From Eledone cirrhosa (Eukaryota), in assembly GCA_964016885.1 (NCBI GenBank), contig OZ024742.1:370078001-370142000 (forward strand): a DNA stretch of 64,000 bases. The letters are read 5' to 3'. Below the pieces are notes generated by a model. The model did no database searches, was not told the DNA's origin, and worked only from the letters and a program-made list of their open reading frames with translations. This document shows, piece after piece, positions 63,620-64,000 of the stretch. Numbering within the stretch: position 1 is the stretch's first letter; each line of letters opens with the position of its first letter. A program made the translations under genes and the position numbers.

Positions 63620-64000
63620 TAGTGGTAGATGGTAGTGGTGGTGATGGTGGTGGTGATGATAGTGGTAGTGGTGATGGAGGTGGCGGTGATGGTGGTGGTG
63701 GTGATGATAGTGGTGGTGGTGATGATAGTGGTGGTGGTGGTGATGATAGTGGTGGTGGTGATAGTGGTGGTAGGGGTAGTAGTAGTGGTGATGGTGGTGA
63801 TAGTGGTGGTAGGGGTAGTAGTAGTGGTGATGGTGGTGTTGGTGGTGGTGTTGGTGGTGGTGTTGGTGTTGGTGTCGGTGTCGGTGTCGGTGGTGGTGTT
63901 GGTGGTGGTATTGGTGTTGGTGGTGTTGGAGGTGTTGGTGGTGGTGTTGGTGGTGGTGTTGGTGGTGGTGTTGGTGGTGGTGTTGGTGGTGGTGGTGGTG
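63620..64000. repeat. (GGT)n-based compound trinucleotide repeat
   Basis: Seen directly; runs to the edge of the window. Confidence 0.92.

Noticed and set aside
63620-64000. Thr/Pro-rich minus-strand repeat as the FAM174 ectodomain exon
   Set aside because: No transmembrane segment or suitable donor follows it; it is a simple trinucleotide repeat.

Overview
Eukaryotic, extremely repeat-rich, gene-poor window. The repeat families look like those of a coleoid cephalopod (octopus-like); this is inferred, not proven. One host gene is visible. A minus-strand exon at 12383-12530, absent from the ORF track, encodes the cytoplasmic tail and stop codon of a FAM174-family membrane protein. A possible 3'UTR exon starts at 2771, and the first exon was not found, so it probably lies beyond 64000 and most of the window is probably intron. 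The rest contains three related RTE-clade LINE families that carry a PHD finger (called A, B and C here; one B copy has an intact 1039-aa ORF), other RTE fragments, two Tx1/L1-clade LINE relics, a DD37D (maT) Tc1/mariner transposon, MITEs, tRNA-derived SINEs, Penelope-type terminal repeats with minimal hammerhead motifs, four large satellites and long microsatellites. The most interesting signal is one ~48-80 nt RTE UTR module that is reused throughout. It sits at the 5' end of family C, in the 3'UTR of families A and B and in the body of a SINE, and it has been amplified from 1-2 copies to 5 copies and to a ~160-copy, 7.8-kb satellite. The long ORFs in satellites and (TA)n tracts are artefacts.
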